64,000 bases of DNA, taken from positions 215,236-279,235 of the forward strand of contig CAVZGO010000002.1 in the NCBI GenBank assembly GCA_963774935.1, given 5' to 3'. This stretch comes from an uncultured Chloroflexia bacterium (lineage in GTDB: Bacteria > Chloroflexota > Anaerolineae > Anaerolineales > UBA4823). Every line of letters starts with the position of its first letter. The stretch's first letter is position 1. The position numbers were made by a program, and so were the translations under genes. This document shows positions 1 through 10,302 of this stretch, piece by piece. The notes below the pieces were generated by a model. It did no database searches, was not told where the DNA came from, and worked only from the letters and a program-made list of their open reading frames with translations.

Positions 1-524
1 AGACCATTCATCACATTGCTGCGATCGTGCTGATCCTATTGGTGATTTACCATCTTGGCAATGCCATCTACCTGTTAGCCCGCCGAAAGATGCCAGGCGA
101 TATGTTTGTCAGCATGCAAGATTTGCGAGATGCAGGCAAAATGATTGCTTACCTGCTCTTCCTGCGCAAGGATGTTCCGAAGTATGGCAAGTACAGCTTT
201 GAAGAAAAAATTACCTACTGGTTTCTATTCTTCAGCGTTGGCATCATGATACTTTCCGGGATCATCCTGCTGTACCCAGAAGCGATCACTCGCTGGCTTC
301 CAGGTGGAATTATACCGGCAGCTATACTGGCTCACAGTACTGAAGCCATTGTAGCTGCGATTTTCGTTGTCATCTGGCACTTTTACCATGTCCACTTCCA
401 GCGTCTCAACTTGAGTATTTTTTCTGGCAAAATGAGTGAAAATGACATGCGAACCTACCATTCGCAGGAATTTGAGCGGCTTACCGGCGAAGACGCAGAG
501 CTACCAGGTGAGGGTTCAAAATGA
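1..524 (+). CDS. Cytochrome b/b6-like membrane subunit (FdnI/formate dehydrogenase gamma-like), 5'-truncated by window edge
   Basis: Hydrophobic helices with YGKYSFEEKITYW and IWHFYHVH motifs; paralogous to the 1968..3203 protein. Confidence 0.8.
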   Translation, partial: TIHHIAAIVLILLVIYHLGNAIYLLARRKMPGDMFVSMQDLRDAGKMIAYLLFLRKDVPKYGKYSFEEKITYWFLFFSVGIMILSGIILLYPEAITRWLPGGIIPAAILAHSTEAIVAAIFVVIWHFYHVHFQRLNLSIFSGKMSENDMRTYHSQEFERLTGEDAELPGEGSK

Positions 525-1975
525 AACGGCTGCCCCTCGCGCTTCTGTTGCTTTGTCTGCTGGTGATCCTGTTCGCTCTCATGGCTGGCCTGCAAGCAGG
601 CTCTGCGGCACCTCTTGCCCAGGTGACTCCGACACTTTCCAATCTGTCCATTGCTGATGAAACCTGCCTGGGCTGCCACGGCCAACCAGGCCAGACGTTA
701 ACGCTGGAAGACGGCAGCACTCTGGACCTTTATGTCGATCCACAGGCACATGCTACCTCCATCCACGGGCTCACAGGCATCGCGTGCGCCCAATGCCACA
801 CGGATGTGGGAGAATATGCTCACCCACCTTTCACTGCGACCAACCGCCGTGATGTCACCCTGCAGTTGAATGCCGTATGCCAGCGCTGCCATGCCTCACA
901 AAAAGAGAAGACATTGAACAGCGTTCATGATCAAGCGCAACAAGAGGGAAACACCGCAGCAGCAGTTTGCTCCGACTGTCACACTGCGCATGCAGTCCAG
1001 GATTGGGTGGATAACGCGACTCTCGAAACCCTGCCGGAAGCCAGAACGGTCATCCCGCAAACATGTGCGCAATGCCATAATGCCATCTACCAGCAATACC
1101 TGACCAGTGTGCACGGTAAAGCGCTGACAGAGGAAAATAATCCAGACGTACCCACCTGCATCGATTGTCATGGGTCGCATGAAATCCAGGATCCCAACTC
1201 GAACGAATTCCGCCTGGCTTCACCCCAGATGTGTGCGGACTGCCACGCTGACCCAGCGCGCATGGCAAAGTATGGCGTTTCGACGGATGTGCTGACCACT
1301 TATGTAGCCGATTTTCACGGCACTACCGTGACGATTTTTGAGAAACAATCCCCGGATGCCGAAACAAACAAGCCGGTATGCTACGATTGTCATGGGGTTC
1401 ATAACATTAAGCGCGCAGATGATCCGGAAAAAGGATTACAGGTACAGGAAAACCTGCTTGCCACCTGCCAGAAGTGCCACCCGGACGCACAGGAAAATTT
1501 TCCCACTGCCTGGCTGTCGCATTATATCCCCTCCCCTGATAAATACCCCGTCGTCTACTACGTCGACCTCTTTTATAAAATCTTCATCCCGACAGTCCTG
1601 GGAGGGATGATCTTACTGGTGGTTATGGATTTCACTCGCAGCACCATCAATAGAAGCAGAAGGCGAAAATCTTTACAATTGGAAATTTCGCAGGCAAGCC
1701 CCCCACACGCTGGCGAAGGAGGAGCTGAAGAAACTGCGGTGGAACCTTCTGGTGCTGAAGAGAACGCATCGTCCGGATTTGTTAGCGAACAAACGGAACT
1801 TGTTGCAGAAGAACCAACCCCGGTCGAAGAAGCCATCATCCCGGAAATAGTTACAGAGGAAATGGAAGCGCCTGAACAGACAGACCAACCGTCTCCGGAT
1901 GAGGAAGAAGCAAGCACACATTCTCCAGATGGCGAGAACGAAGAAAATCCAGGTGAGGAGGTCGATCATGGCTAA
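521..1975 (+). CDS. Membrane-anchored nonaheme cytochrome c with acidic C-terminal tail
   Basis: Signal peptide; 9 CxxCH motifs (CLGCH, CAQCH, CQRCH, CSDCH, CAQCH, CIDCH, CADCH, CYDCH, CQKCH); C-terminal TM helix followed by a Glu-rich tail. Confidence 0.9.
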   Translation: MKRLPLALLLLCLLVILFALMAGLQAGSAAPLAQVTPTLSNLSIADETCLGCHGQPGQTLTLEDGSTLDLYVDPQAHATSIHGLTGIACAQCHTDVGEYAHPPFTATNRRDVTLQLNAVCQRCHASQKEKTLNSVHDQAQQEGNTAAAVCSDCHTAHAVQDWVDNATLETLPEARTVIPQTCAQCHNAIYQQYLTSVHGKALTEENNPDVPTCIDCHGSHEIQDPNSNEFRLASPQMCADCHADPARMAKYGVSTDVLTTYVADFHGTTVTIFEKQSPDAETNKPVCYDCHGVHNIKRADDPEKGLQVQENLLATCQKCHPDAQENFPTAWLSHYIPSPDKYPVVYYVDLFYKIFIPTVLGGMILLVVMDFTRSTINRSRRRKSLQLEISQASPPHAGEGGAEETAVEPSGAEENASSGFVSEQTELVAEEPTPVEEAIIPEIVTEEMEAPEQTDQPSPDEEEASTHSPDGENEENPGEEVDHG

Positions 1976-3203
1976 TCCACCGCAGACCGAAGCGCCTTCG
2001 AATGAGATTCACGAAATGGCAGCACAAGAAAAACCTGAAGTATCTGCAAAATACTACCTGCGTTTCGATCTATTCCAGCGCATAGAGCATATCGCCTTCT
2101 TGGTTTCGTTTTCGATCCTCGGCTTGACAGGCTTGATCCAGAAATTTTCACAGTCTTATGTCAGCCAGTACATCATAAACGCACTGGGCGGGATAGAGAC
2201 AACTCGACTGATCCATCACTTCTTTGCAGTCGTGATGATGATCGTTTCTATCTATCATGTCATCAGTGTGCTCTACCGCATCTACGTCTTACGGACACCG
2301 CTGACCATGGTGCCGTTGATTGAAGATTTCAAACATCTGTACACCGATATTATGTACTACTTCGGATTGCGCAAGCATAAAGCTTATTACGGGCGATATT
2401 CTTACGCTGAAAAAGTAGAATATTTAGCCGTTGTATGGGGTACGATAATCATGGCGATCACAGGCTTTATGATGTGGAATCCCATCGCCACCACCAGATT
2501 TCTAAGCGGTCAATCCATCCCGGCTGCCAAGGCAGCCCACGGTGGCGAGGCGATTTTAGCCGTCATGGCGATTATCATCTGGCATTTTTACCATGTCCAC
2601 CTGCGGCATTTCAATAAAAGTATGTTCAACGGCTACTTAAGCCACAAAGAAATGGCGCACGAGCACCCTGCTGAGCTGGCTCAGATTGAGAGTGGGGAGA
2701 ATTACCAGAGACCACAGCCCGAGGTGATTCGCAACCGGCAGAAGAAATTTTATCCCGTGGCAGCCATCATAGCTGTGCTGTTCAGCCTGGGATTGATCGC
2801 CTTCATCACAATCGAAGACACCGCGATTACCACTATCCCTCCTGCCGAGAATGTTGAGGTTTACGTACCAGTTACACCAACACCGCGACCGACGCCAACA
2901 ACCGGACCCGAAGCGACCGTTGCCGAAGGTGTAAATCCTGAGAGCTGGGACGGTAAATACTCTGCTCTGTTTAAAAACCGCTGCAGCACCTGTCACGGGG
3001 TTACCAAAGTTGGTGGTTTATCACTGGCAACTTACCAGGAGGCACTGGCGGGCGGTAACAGTGGCCCTGGCATCGTACCAGGGAATGCTGATGCCAGTAT
3101 GGTGGTGCAGATCCAGAAAGCAGGCAATCATCCTGGTCAGCTCACTCCCGAAGAATTACAACAGGTCATCGATTGGATCAATGCAGGTGCGCCGGAGAAT
3201 TAA
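1968..3203 (+). CDS. Cytochrome b subunit fused to a C-terminal monoheme cytochrome c
   Basis: ATG at 1968 after GAGGAGG; RFDLFQRIEH, YGRYSYAEKVEY and IWHFYHVH cytochrome b motifs; Pro/Thr linker; CSTCH heme motif. Confidence 0.85.
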   Translation: MANPPQTEAPSNEIHEMAAQEKPEVSAKYYLRFDLFQRIEHIAFLVSFSILGLTGLIQKFSQSYVSQYIINALGGIETTRLIHHFFAVVMMIVSIYHVISVLYRIYVLRTPLTMVPLIEDFKHLYTDIMYYFGLRKHKAYYGRYSYAEKVEYLAVVWGTIIMAITGFMMWNPIATTRFLSGQSIPAAKAAHGGEAILAVMAIIIWHFYHVHLRHFNKSMFNGYLSHKEMAHEHPAELAQIESGENYQRPQPEVIRNRQKKFYPVAAIIAVLFSLGLIAFITIEDTAITTIPPAENVEVYVPVTPTPRPTPTTGPEATVAEGVNPESWDGKYSALFKNRCSTCHGVTKVGGLSLATYQEALAGGNSGPGIVPGNADASMVVQIQKAGNHPGQLTPEELQQVIDWINAGAPEN

Positions 3204-3220
3204 ACGCTCTAAATTGAAAG

Positions 3221-4702
3221 ATGGCAGATTTTTTCTCGAATAACATCATCGGTGTTTTTTTCTTTTACGGCCTGGCCTTCTATTCGATGGGTCTGGCCGT
3301 TTTACTTGAAATCAGCCACTCGACTGAGTTAGACTTTGCGGATGCCCTGAAACCGCTGGCTTTTTTCGGGCTGATCCATGGATCGCACGAGTGGTTCGAG
3401 ATGGGTCTGCTCATCCAATCCCACATGACCGGGAAAGTTGAATCCGATTGGGTGTATTACCTGCGCCTGGCGCTACTTGGGGCATCGTTCATGATGTTAA
3501 TTGCCTTTGGCGGGCGCCTGATCCTGGGTCCCGGACACAAACGGCTGTATTACAGTATGCTGGCAGTCGTGGCGGCGTTATGGGCGTTTGGTTTGGTGCT
3601 GATACTGGATACTCCAGTTCCTACTCGAGCCCAGTTAATCAGTGCGGATGTATACACACGCTATGCCTTGGCGATTCCAGGTGCGGCACTCACCGCCTGG
3701 GGATTGGTTCTGCAAGGGCGTGAATTCACCAGAAGCGGGATGAAACGCTTTGGGATCGACCTGTTTATTGCCGCGGCTGCCTTCGCGCTTTATGGAGGCA
3801 TTGGCCAGTTGTTTGTATCGCCGAGTGCTCTATTTCCGTCAACGTACTTAAATTCAGAGGCTTTCCTGCGCTGGCTGGGCTTCCCAATCCAGGGTTTCCG
3901 CGCTTTGATGGCAATCATCAGTGCTATCTTTATCACTCATTCGCTCCGCGCCTTCGATATCGAAAACCGGCAGCGAATAAAACAGCTTAGTGAAGCCCAA
4001 GTTGCAGAACAGAAGCGAGTCCAGGCAATGCGCGCCGAGCTGCTGCACCGGACCGTCGACGCTCAGGAGAAAGAACGCCAGCGCATCGCTCGTGAATTGC
4101 ACGACGAGACCGGACAAACTCTGACCGCCCTCGGCCTGGGTCTCTCCGGCCTGGTACAAACCATCCCAGGCAACCCCCAAAGAGCTGTGGAGCAAGCCCA
4201 CCAGCTCCAGAAAGTCGCCTCGGACGGCATCACAGATTTACAGCGGATGGTGTCTGGTTTACACCCACCCCAGCTTGATGAGCTGGGTTTAGTCCCTGCT
4301 TTGAGGTGGTACGCCCAGGAAATCCAAAAATATAACCCACTGAAAATCGAAATATCAGGCTCGTTTCAAGATGATTCTGTAGAGGCTGAGACCCGCCTGG
4401 CCATCTTTCGCATCGTGCAAGAAGCCATCACCAACGTGCTTCGCCACGCCCAGGCTTCCCAGGTTTATATCCAATTCGAGGCGAGCAACGGGAATGCAAA
4501 GGTCCTGGTACAAGACAATGGTCGAGGGTTCGATGTGGCGGCTGTATTAGCTGGTTATGAGTTCAACTGCCTGGGTGTTCTGGGGATGATCGAACGGGCA
4601 AACCTCATCGGTGGTAATTGCCAGGTACTCTCTACCCCAGGGCAAGGCACGACTGTGGAGGTTATTTTTCAGTATGCAGAAAACAGCCAAACCCAGGATT
4701 AA
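3221..4702 (+). CDS. Membrane sensor histidine kinase (HisKA_3/NarX-like)
   Basis: Multi-TM N-terminus; ERQRIARELHDETGQ H-box; EAITNVLRHA N-box; DNGRGF G1 box. Confidence 0.9.
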   Translation: MADFFSNNIIGVFFFYGLAFYSMGLAVLLEISHSTELDFADALKPLAFFGLIHGSHEWFEMGLLIQSHMTGKVESDWVYYLRLALLGASFMMLIAFGGRLILGPGHKRLYYSMLAVVAALWAFGLVLILDTPVPTRAQLISADVYTRYALAIPGAALTAWGLVLQGREFTRSGMKRFGIDLFIAAAAFALYGGIGQLFVSPSALFPSTYLNSEAFLRWLGFPIQGFRALMAIISAIFITHSLRAFDIENRQRIKQLSEAQVAEQKRVQAMRAELLHRTVDAQEKERQRIARELHDETGQTLTALGLGLSGLVQTIPGNPQRAVEQAHQLQKVASDGITDLQRMVSGLHPPQLDELGLVPALRWYAQEIQKYNPLKIEISGSFQDDSVEAETRLAIFRIVQEAITNVLRHAQASQVYIQFEASNGNAKVLVQDNGRGFDVAAVLAGYEFNCLGVLGMIERANLIGGNCQVLSTPGQGTTVEVIFQYAENSQTQD

Positions 4703-5345
4703 CCTTCTACTGGTTGACGATCATGAGGTCGTGCGCAGTGGACTGCGCATGCTGCTCGAAAATCAGAGCGATCTTGTGATCGTCGCTGAAGCCAGCTCAG
4801 GCCAGCAAGCGCTGGAAATGACGAAGCAATATCTTCCTGATGTAATCTTGATGGATATCACCTTGCCCGATATGTCTGGCATTCAGGTCACTCGAATGAT
4901 ATTGGAAGCTGGATTACCGTCAAAAATAATCGCCTTGACCATTCATGAAGATGAGCAATTCTTCTTTGAGATGCTGCAAGCCGGCGCGGCTGGGTATGTA
5001 CCCAAGCGGGCAGCGCCAGAAGACCTGATTACAGCCATACACATGGTGAATAATGGTGACGTGTATATCTATCCTTATCTCGCCAGGCTGCTGGTCAATG
5101 ATTTTCTCAGCCATGTGGATGAAGAGCCAGCATCAAAGGAAGCAATGGATGACCTGACCCCACGTGAACGGGAAATATTGGTCGCATTAGCCAGGGGTGA
5201 TACAAATGACGAGATCGCAGAGACGCTCTCAATAAGCAAACATACCGTCGCACGGCACCGTGAAAACCTGATGGGCAAGCTGGGACTGCACAGCCGCAGC
5301 GAGCTGGTCAAGTATGCCATTCGAAAAGGCCTCATCAAACCTTAA
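4674..5345 (+). CDS. NarL/FixJ-family response regulator
   Basis: LLVDDHEVVR receiver, DVILMDITLP phosphoacceptor, LuxR HTH (LTPREREIL...ISKHTVARHRENLMGKL). Confidence 0.92.
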   Translation: MQKTAKPRINLLLVDDHEVVRSGLRMLLENQSDLVIVAEASSGQQALEMTKQYLPDVILMDITLPDMSGIQVTRMILEAGLPSKIIALTIHEDEQFFFEMLQAGAAGYVPKRAAPEDLITAIHMVNNGDVYIYPYLARLLVNDFLSHVDEEPASKEAMDDLTPREREILVALARGDTNDEIAETLSISKHTVARHRENLMGKLGLHSRSELVKYAIRKGLIKP

Positions 5346-5453
5346 TTAGTGCATTCTCCCTAGTAAAAATACTGTCAACAGCCAATTGATCCGTAGACGC
5401 CTAGCTGCTATACTGAAACTGACCCAATAATCGGTTCGGAGAGGAGCAGTATT

Positions 5454-5744
5454 ATGCGTAAGGTTCAGATCACCGCAGTTGTATGGACAATGATCCTGGC
5501 GGTTCCGTTAACCGCCCTGGCGTTGTCACTCTTAGCCTTCACCACTGAGCACCTGACCCAAATATCGACTTCGATCGCCACGTTGAGCCGCGATATCTCT
5601 ACAGGCGGTCGTGGATTCATTGTTGAGTTTGCTGCTCGCTGGCCAGAATTAGCCGGGATGGTTATTGGGCAAATCGTTCTTTTGACCATCTTCCTTTTCG
5701 TCCGAAAGAGCAATACGCAGGCAGAAAGTAAGATTAGTAAGTAA
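5454..5744 (+). CDS. Small membrane protein, 2 TM helices
   Basis: GAGGAG RBS before ATG; two hydrophobic segments; hairpin downstream. Confidence 0.6.
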   Translation: MRKVQITAVVWTMILAVPLTALALSLLAFTTEHLTQISTSIATLSRDISTGGRGFIVEFAARWPELAGMVIGQIVLLTIFLFVRKSNTQAESKISK

Positions 5745-5790
5745 AGATAATCCAATTTACTAACTCTTCTCTAGGTACTAGAGATAATGA

Positions 5791-5826
5791 ATGGCGGCAG
5801 ATGGCAGTCTGCCGCCGTACACTTTA
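5791..5826 (+). terminator. Putative terminator hairpin
   Basis: ATGGCGGCAGA-TGGCAG-TCTGCCGCCGT stem-loop after 5744; weak T tail. Confidence 0.45.
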
Positions 5827-6110
5827 ATCATTCATTACAATCAAACTATTGTCATGTCATTAGATGACATTTGCCACTAATCTAATTCTCACATGTGTAT
5901 TATAATTCGTTAAGCCTAGAGAAGTGAGCGCCACCCCTGGCGCTCAAGCATAGGGGAACCGCCGGTCTGCCAACTTGGCGCTTCCTTTGATTAACAGGCA
6001 TTATCTTTTATATCTGGAAGGAGACATTTGCCGAAAATAAAATATCTATTCGATTAACTCGTAAAATGAAAATTCCCCAACACCTATAGCTAGTGAAGAG
6101 GAGAATGTAT

Positions 6111-8372
6111 ATGAAAGCAAAATACATCATAATTACCGGTTTTGTGCTCCTGGCAGTGACTGTGCTGGTAGCGTTCGGCGCAGGAATGGCACAGGCACAG
6201 GACCAACCCCCAGCCCCAGTCCCAACCGGACCAGGTGTACCTTACCTAGACGGAATGGGAAGAAGGTCCACATGCAGATGCAGAAGCAGAAGCCTTTATC
6301 CATTGGGATGAAGATGACCCGAAGGAAATCCCCACTTCCTGTGCCAAATGCCACTCCACCACGGGCTACCTTGATTACCTGGGTGCGGATGGATCAGAAG
6401 CGGGCAAGGTTGACAAAGCCCAGCCGACTGGTCAGGTAGTCACCTGCGAAGCCTGCCACAATCCGGCTGCCTCCGCACTGACCGAGGTTACCTTCCCGTC
6501 TGGCGTAACCGTCACCGGGCTGGGTAGCGAAGCGCGCTGCATGGTCTGCCACTCAGGCAATGCATCTATGAAGTCAGTGAATGACCGTCTGGAGCAGTTC
6601 AAAGCATCAGATGTCGCTGCTGCAGACAAGGTACCTGCCAAGATCAAGAATGCTGATGGCACAGAATCTGGGCTTAGCTTCATCAACGTGCATTACCGCG
6701 CCGCGGCTGCCACGCTTTATGGCGGTCAGGCTCAAGTTGGCTACCAGTATGCAGGTAAATCGTATGACTTCAAGAACTCGCATGTAGACATGGCTGACAC
6801 CTGCATCGAATGCCATGATCCGCACACCGGGGAAGTACTGGTTGAAACCTGCCAGATCTGCCATGGCGAGCAGGTGAAATCGGCTGCTGACCTGCCTAAG
6901 ATCCGTGAGTTCACCTCCGCCAAGGATTACGATGGTGATGGCAAGACCGATGAACCCATCCTCGGCGAGATCACCGGACTGCAGGAATCCCTGTTGAAAT
7001 CCATCCAGGCTTACGCCAAGGAAGTAGCTGGCGCTGAAATCAAGTACGATCGCCAACGTCTACCCTTACTTCTCAGGCGCGGATGGCAAAGCATACCCCA
7101 ATTGGACCCCGCGCTTGCTCAAAGCTGCCTACAACTACCAGTTCTCGATCAAGGACACCGGACAGTATGCCCATGGTCCCAAGTATGTCATCGAGCTGGT
7201 TTACGATTCAATCGAGGACCTGAATGCTGCCGAAGACCTGAAGACCAAGACAGACCTTAGCAAGATGAATCGCGTGGACTACGGCCACTTTGATGGTACA
7301 TCGATGGCTTTCCGTGATTGGGATGCTGAAGGTGAAGTACCCGCAAGCTGTGCAAAATGCCACAGTGCTGGCGGTCTGCCGCAGATCTTCGCCAATCCAG
7401 GCGCGACGATTTCAACCAGCTGCGACTAACAAAGCCCTGTCCTCCCTGGCGCAGCCGGTCTCCAATGGTCTGATGTGTGCCACCTGCCACGATGAGGAAG
7501 CTGGATTCCCGGCACGCTACTTCTCTGCCTCGGTGAAATTCCCGAGCGGCAAGTCTGCCTGGTTTGCCAACGCTGACGGCAACCTGTGCTTGAACTGCCA
7601 TCAGGGTCGCCAATCCAAGAGCACGGTTGATGCTGCCATCGTTGCCGCAGGCGCCGATAAAGCGGTTGATAAGATCTCGGTTGACAAGGATAACAAACCC
7701 AACCTGAGCTTCACCAACCCGCATTACTATGCCGCTGGTGCCACACTCCTGGGTACTGAAGTCCAGGGTGGTTATGAGTATGACGAGCAGAAGTACAGCG
7801 GTCGCACAATGCATCCCGCAGTGCCCCCAGCTACCGGCCTCGACTGCACCAACTGCCACGACGCACACACGCTGGAGCTGGATACCACGAGCTGCAGCAC
7901 CTGCCATGCTGGCATCAAGAGCATCGAAGAAATCCGCAAGCCAGGTGATACTGTCGATTACGATGGCGATGGCAACACCACCGAAGGGTTTGCAGGTGAA
8001 ATTGAAGGCATGCAGGAAGCCCTGTGGACGGCGATCAGCAATTACGCCAAGAATACTGCCAAGAGCCCCATCGTCTACGATGCCCATACCTATCCATACT
8101 TCCTGAAGGATACCAATGGGAACGGTAAGGTGGATCCTGACGAGGCTGACCGCGCAAATGGCTACTCATTTACTGCCAAACTGCTCAAGGCTGCCTACAA
8201 CTACCAGTGGGTTTCAAAGGATCCTGGAGCTTTTACGCACAACTTCACCTACGCCAACCAGCTTCTCTACGATAGCATCAAAGACCTGGGCGGTGACGTC
8301 AGCAAGCTCGTGCGCGCTGAAGTAGTCGCAGGTGCAGTTCCCGAACAACCCATAGCCCCAGAGACTCCGTAA
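6111..8372 (+). CDS. Secreted decaheme cytochrome c made of two repeated pentaheme modules; interrupted by three +1 frameshifts (~6250, ~7051, ~7420)
   Basis: Joining the frames gives a signal peptide and 10 CxxCH motifs (CAKCH, CEACH, CMVCH, CIECH, CQICH / CAKCH, CATCH, CLNCH, CTNCH, CSTCH); DYDGDG and LLKAAYNYQ motifs occur in both halves. Confidence 0.8.
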
Positions 8373-8396
8373 TCTCTGGTTCAGAAAGTTCTGTTA

Positions 8397-8436
8397 AAAA
8401 TAAAAGAGCGGTGCGATTGCACCGCTCTTTTATTTT
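8397..8436. terminator. Bidirectional intrinsic terminator
   Basis: AAAATAAAAGAGCGGTGC-GATT-GCACCGCTCTTTTATTTT perfect inverted repeat between convergent genes. Confidence 0.9.
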
Positions 8437-8440
8437 CTAT

Positions 8441-9352
8441 TTATTTCCGCAATCTTGTGCCACAAGTGCGGCAGAAAGCATCGCCAGGTGCTGCGCGTTT
8501 TCCACATTGGTAGCAATAAACGTCTCCTGGATGTCCTTGAGCAGGCGTAACGCTCGCGGGTCGATGGCGTTGTGCCCCTGATCGGGTATCACCTACCGGG
8601 GCGCGCTTTCCTGTCCGCCAGTAAAGCAGCAAACCGACGCCGATTAGAGCTAATGCGACCAGTACCAGCAGCGTTGGCACCAGCCAGGAAGGCAGCACAA
8701 AATTCTTCCGCACCGGTTGGACAGGAGTGACGGATAGGCTGGAGCTGCTGAGCTTATCATCAGCCTTGAGGTATACGATGGGCACATCCATCTCCTGGCC
8801 TTCGTCCAGCGCTCCAATTTCTGCGGTGTAATATGAAAGCCCATCGCTGCCAGCGGCTCCGCTGCCAAATTGCGCCGGCAGGTCCATCTCGCTGGCGCCA
8901 ATAGGCTGCTGTACCTGCACAGAAAAATTCTGTACCGGGTAGTCGCCTGGCCAGGCGTAGGTAAAGCTGCGCTGTTCGCCGCTCTTCTGTAAGCCCGGAT
9001 CATAATACTCTACCTGCAAATCGGATGCAGTGGCAGTCATGGTCAGGGTATTCCACTCTCCCGCTCGCTGCTGGTCATAAGTCAGGTTCACCAGTGAGCC
9101 ATCCGGCTGGCGCGCTGCCACCGCGTTCGGTGCACCTACCGCTGCCGGGATGCGCAGCTTGAATTCACCAGGCAGCGAGAAATTCGCAGGCAGGGTAATG
9201 CGGTAGATGACCAGTATGCCGGGATTATCATACTCTGGCCACAGATCAACCTCCACCGCTGGTAATGTCCATGGTTGTTCCTGAGCATTGGCAGACAAGG
9301 GCATAACAAATAATAGAAGGATTAACAGTAGAAAGAGTAGCTTACGACGCAT
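8441..9352 (-). CDS. Exported membrane-anchored protein with C-terminal zinc ribbon
   Basis: Signal peptide, C-terminal TM helix, CYQCG...FCRTCG zinc ribbon. Confidence 0.75.
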   Translation of the reverse strand: MRRKLLFLLLILLLFVMPLSANAQEQPWTLPAVEVDLWPEYDNPGILVIYRITLPANFSLPGEFKLRIPAAVGAPNAVAARQPDGSLVNLTYDQQRAGEWNTLTMTATASDLQVEYYDPGLQKSGEQRSFTYAWPGDYPVQNFSVQVQQPIGASEMDLPAQFGSGAAGSDGLSYYTAEIGALDEGQEMDVPIVYLKADDKLSSSSLSVTPVQPVRKNFVLPSWLVPTLLVLVALALIGVGLLLYWRTGKRAPVGDTRSGAQRHRPASVTPAQGHPGDVYCYQCGKRAAPGDAFCRTCGTRLRK

Positions 9353-9420
9353 TGCCTATTTTCTCCAAACGATTAATGTCGTAGTATCCAAAACGAATCT
9401 ACACCGACTAAGATAATTTA

Positions 9421-10245
9421 TCAAGCCATGCTGTCGCCAATTGCAGATCTGAGCTGGCGAGCCAGCAGACCGAACTCTGGCGTATAGCGTATATTCTCCT
9501 CGCGTGGACGCTCCAGGCTGACCGTCAAATCCAGGCGAAGCTGACCAGGTCGTTGTGAAAGCACCAGCACTCGATCAGCAAGGAAAAGCGCTTCTGAGAT
9601 GGAGTGGGTAACCATCACCACCGTCTTGCGTCGCCATTGCCAGATGCGCAGCAGCTCTGAGCCCATGCGCTCGCGTGTCAGAGCATCCAGAGCCCCAAAC
9701 GGCTCATCTAGCAGCAGTACGTCTGGGTCATGTATCAATGAACGCGCAATTGAAACGCGTTGAGCCATTCCACCAGATAAATCGCGCGGCAAGACGTGCT
9801 CAAATCCCTGCAACCCGACCAGCTCTACCAGCTCTTGCGCTTTCTCCAACGCCTGACCTTGCGGTACGCCCATCAGCTCCAATGGCAGGATGATATTTTG
9901 CAGCACTGTCCGCCAGGGCATCAGGTTGGATCTCTGAAAGATAATACCCATGCCATGCCGGGGGCCATTGACAGGCTCGCCTTGAATAATCACCTCGCCG
10001 CTGGTGGGCTTTAGCAAGCCAGCCAGGATGCGCAACAGCGTGCTTTTTCCGCTGCCAGATGGTCCCAAGATGCATACGAACTCCTGGGGGCAAATTGTAA
10101 AAGAGACTAGCTCTAGAGCTCGCAAGCCTCCATTACCGTTTGGAAATACGGCACGCAGGTCGCGGGCTTCGATCACGGGGATTTTATCACCCACTTCACT
10201 TCCAGGGATGAGTAGTTCCTGAGCCTCTACCATGTCAACCATCAA
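9421..10245 (-). CDS. ABC transporter ATP-binding protein (SsuB/TauB-like), probable riboflavin uptake ATPase
   Basis: GPSGSGKST Walker A, LSGGM signature, LLLDEPF Walker B; lies in the FMN-riboswitch operon. Confidence 0.9.
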   Translation of the reverse strand: MMVDMVEAQELLIPGSEVGDKIPVIEARDLRAVFPNGNGGLRALELVSFTICPQEFVCILGPSGSGKSTLLRILAGLLKPTSGEVIIQGEPVNGPRHGMGIIFQRSNLMPWRTVLQNIILPLELMGVPQGQALEKAQELVELVGLQGFEHVLPRDLSGGMAQRVSIARSLIHDPDVLLLDEPFGALDALTRERMGSELLRIWQWRRKTVVMVTHSISEALFLADRVLVLSQRPGQLRLDLTVSLERPREENIRYTPEFGLLARQLRSAIGDSMA

Positions 10246-10302
10246 TTACCAGCCGTTAATTTATTTTGCATGAATATCTGAACCAGCATTCCATTTAAGC
10301 AG

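Noticed and set aside
6111-8372. Programmed ribosomal frameshifting in the multiheme cytochrome
   Set aside because: No slippery heptamers or stimulatory structures at the three sites, and similar indels occur in unrelated genes.
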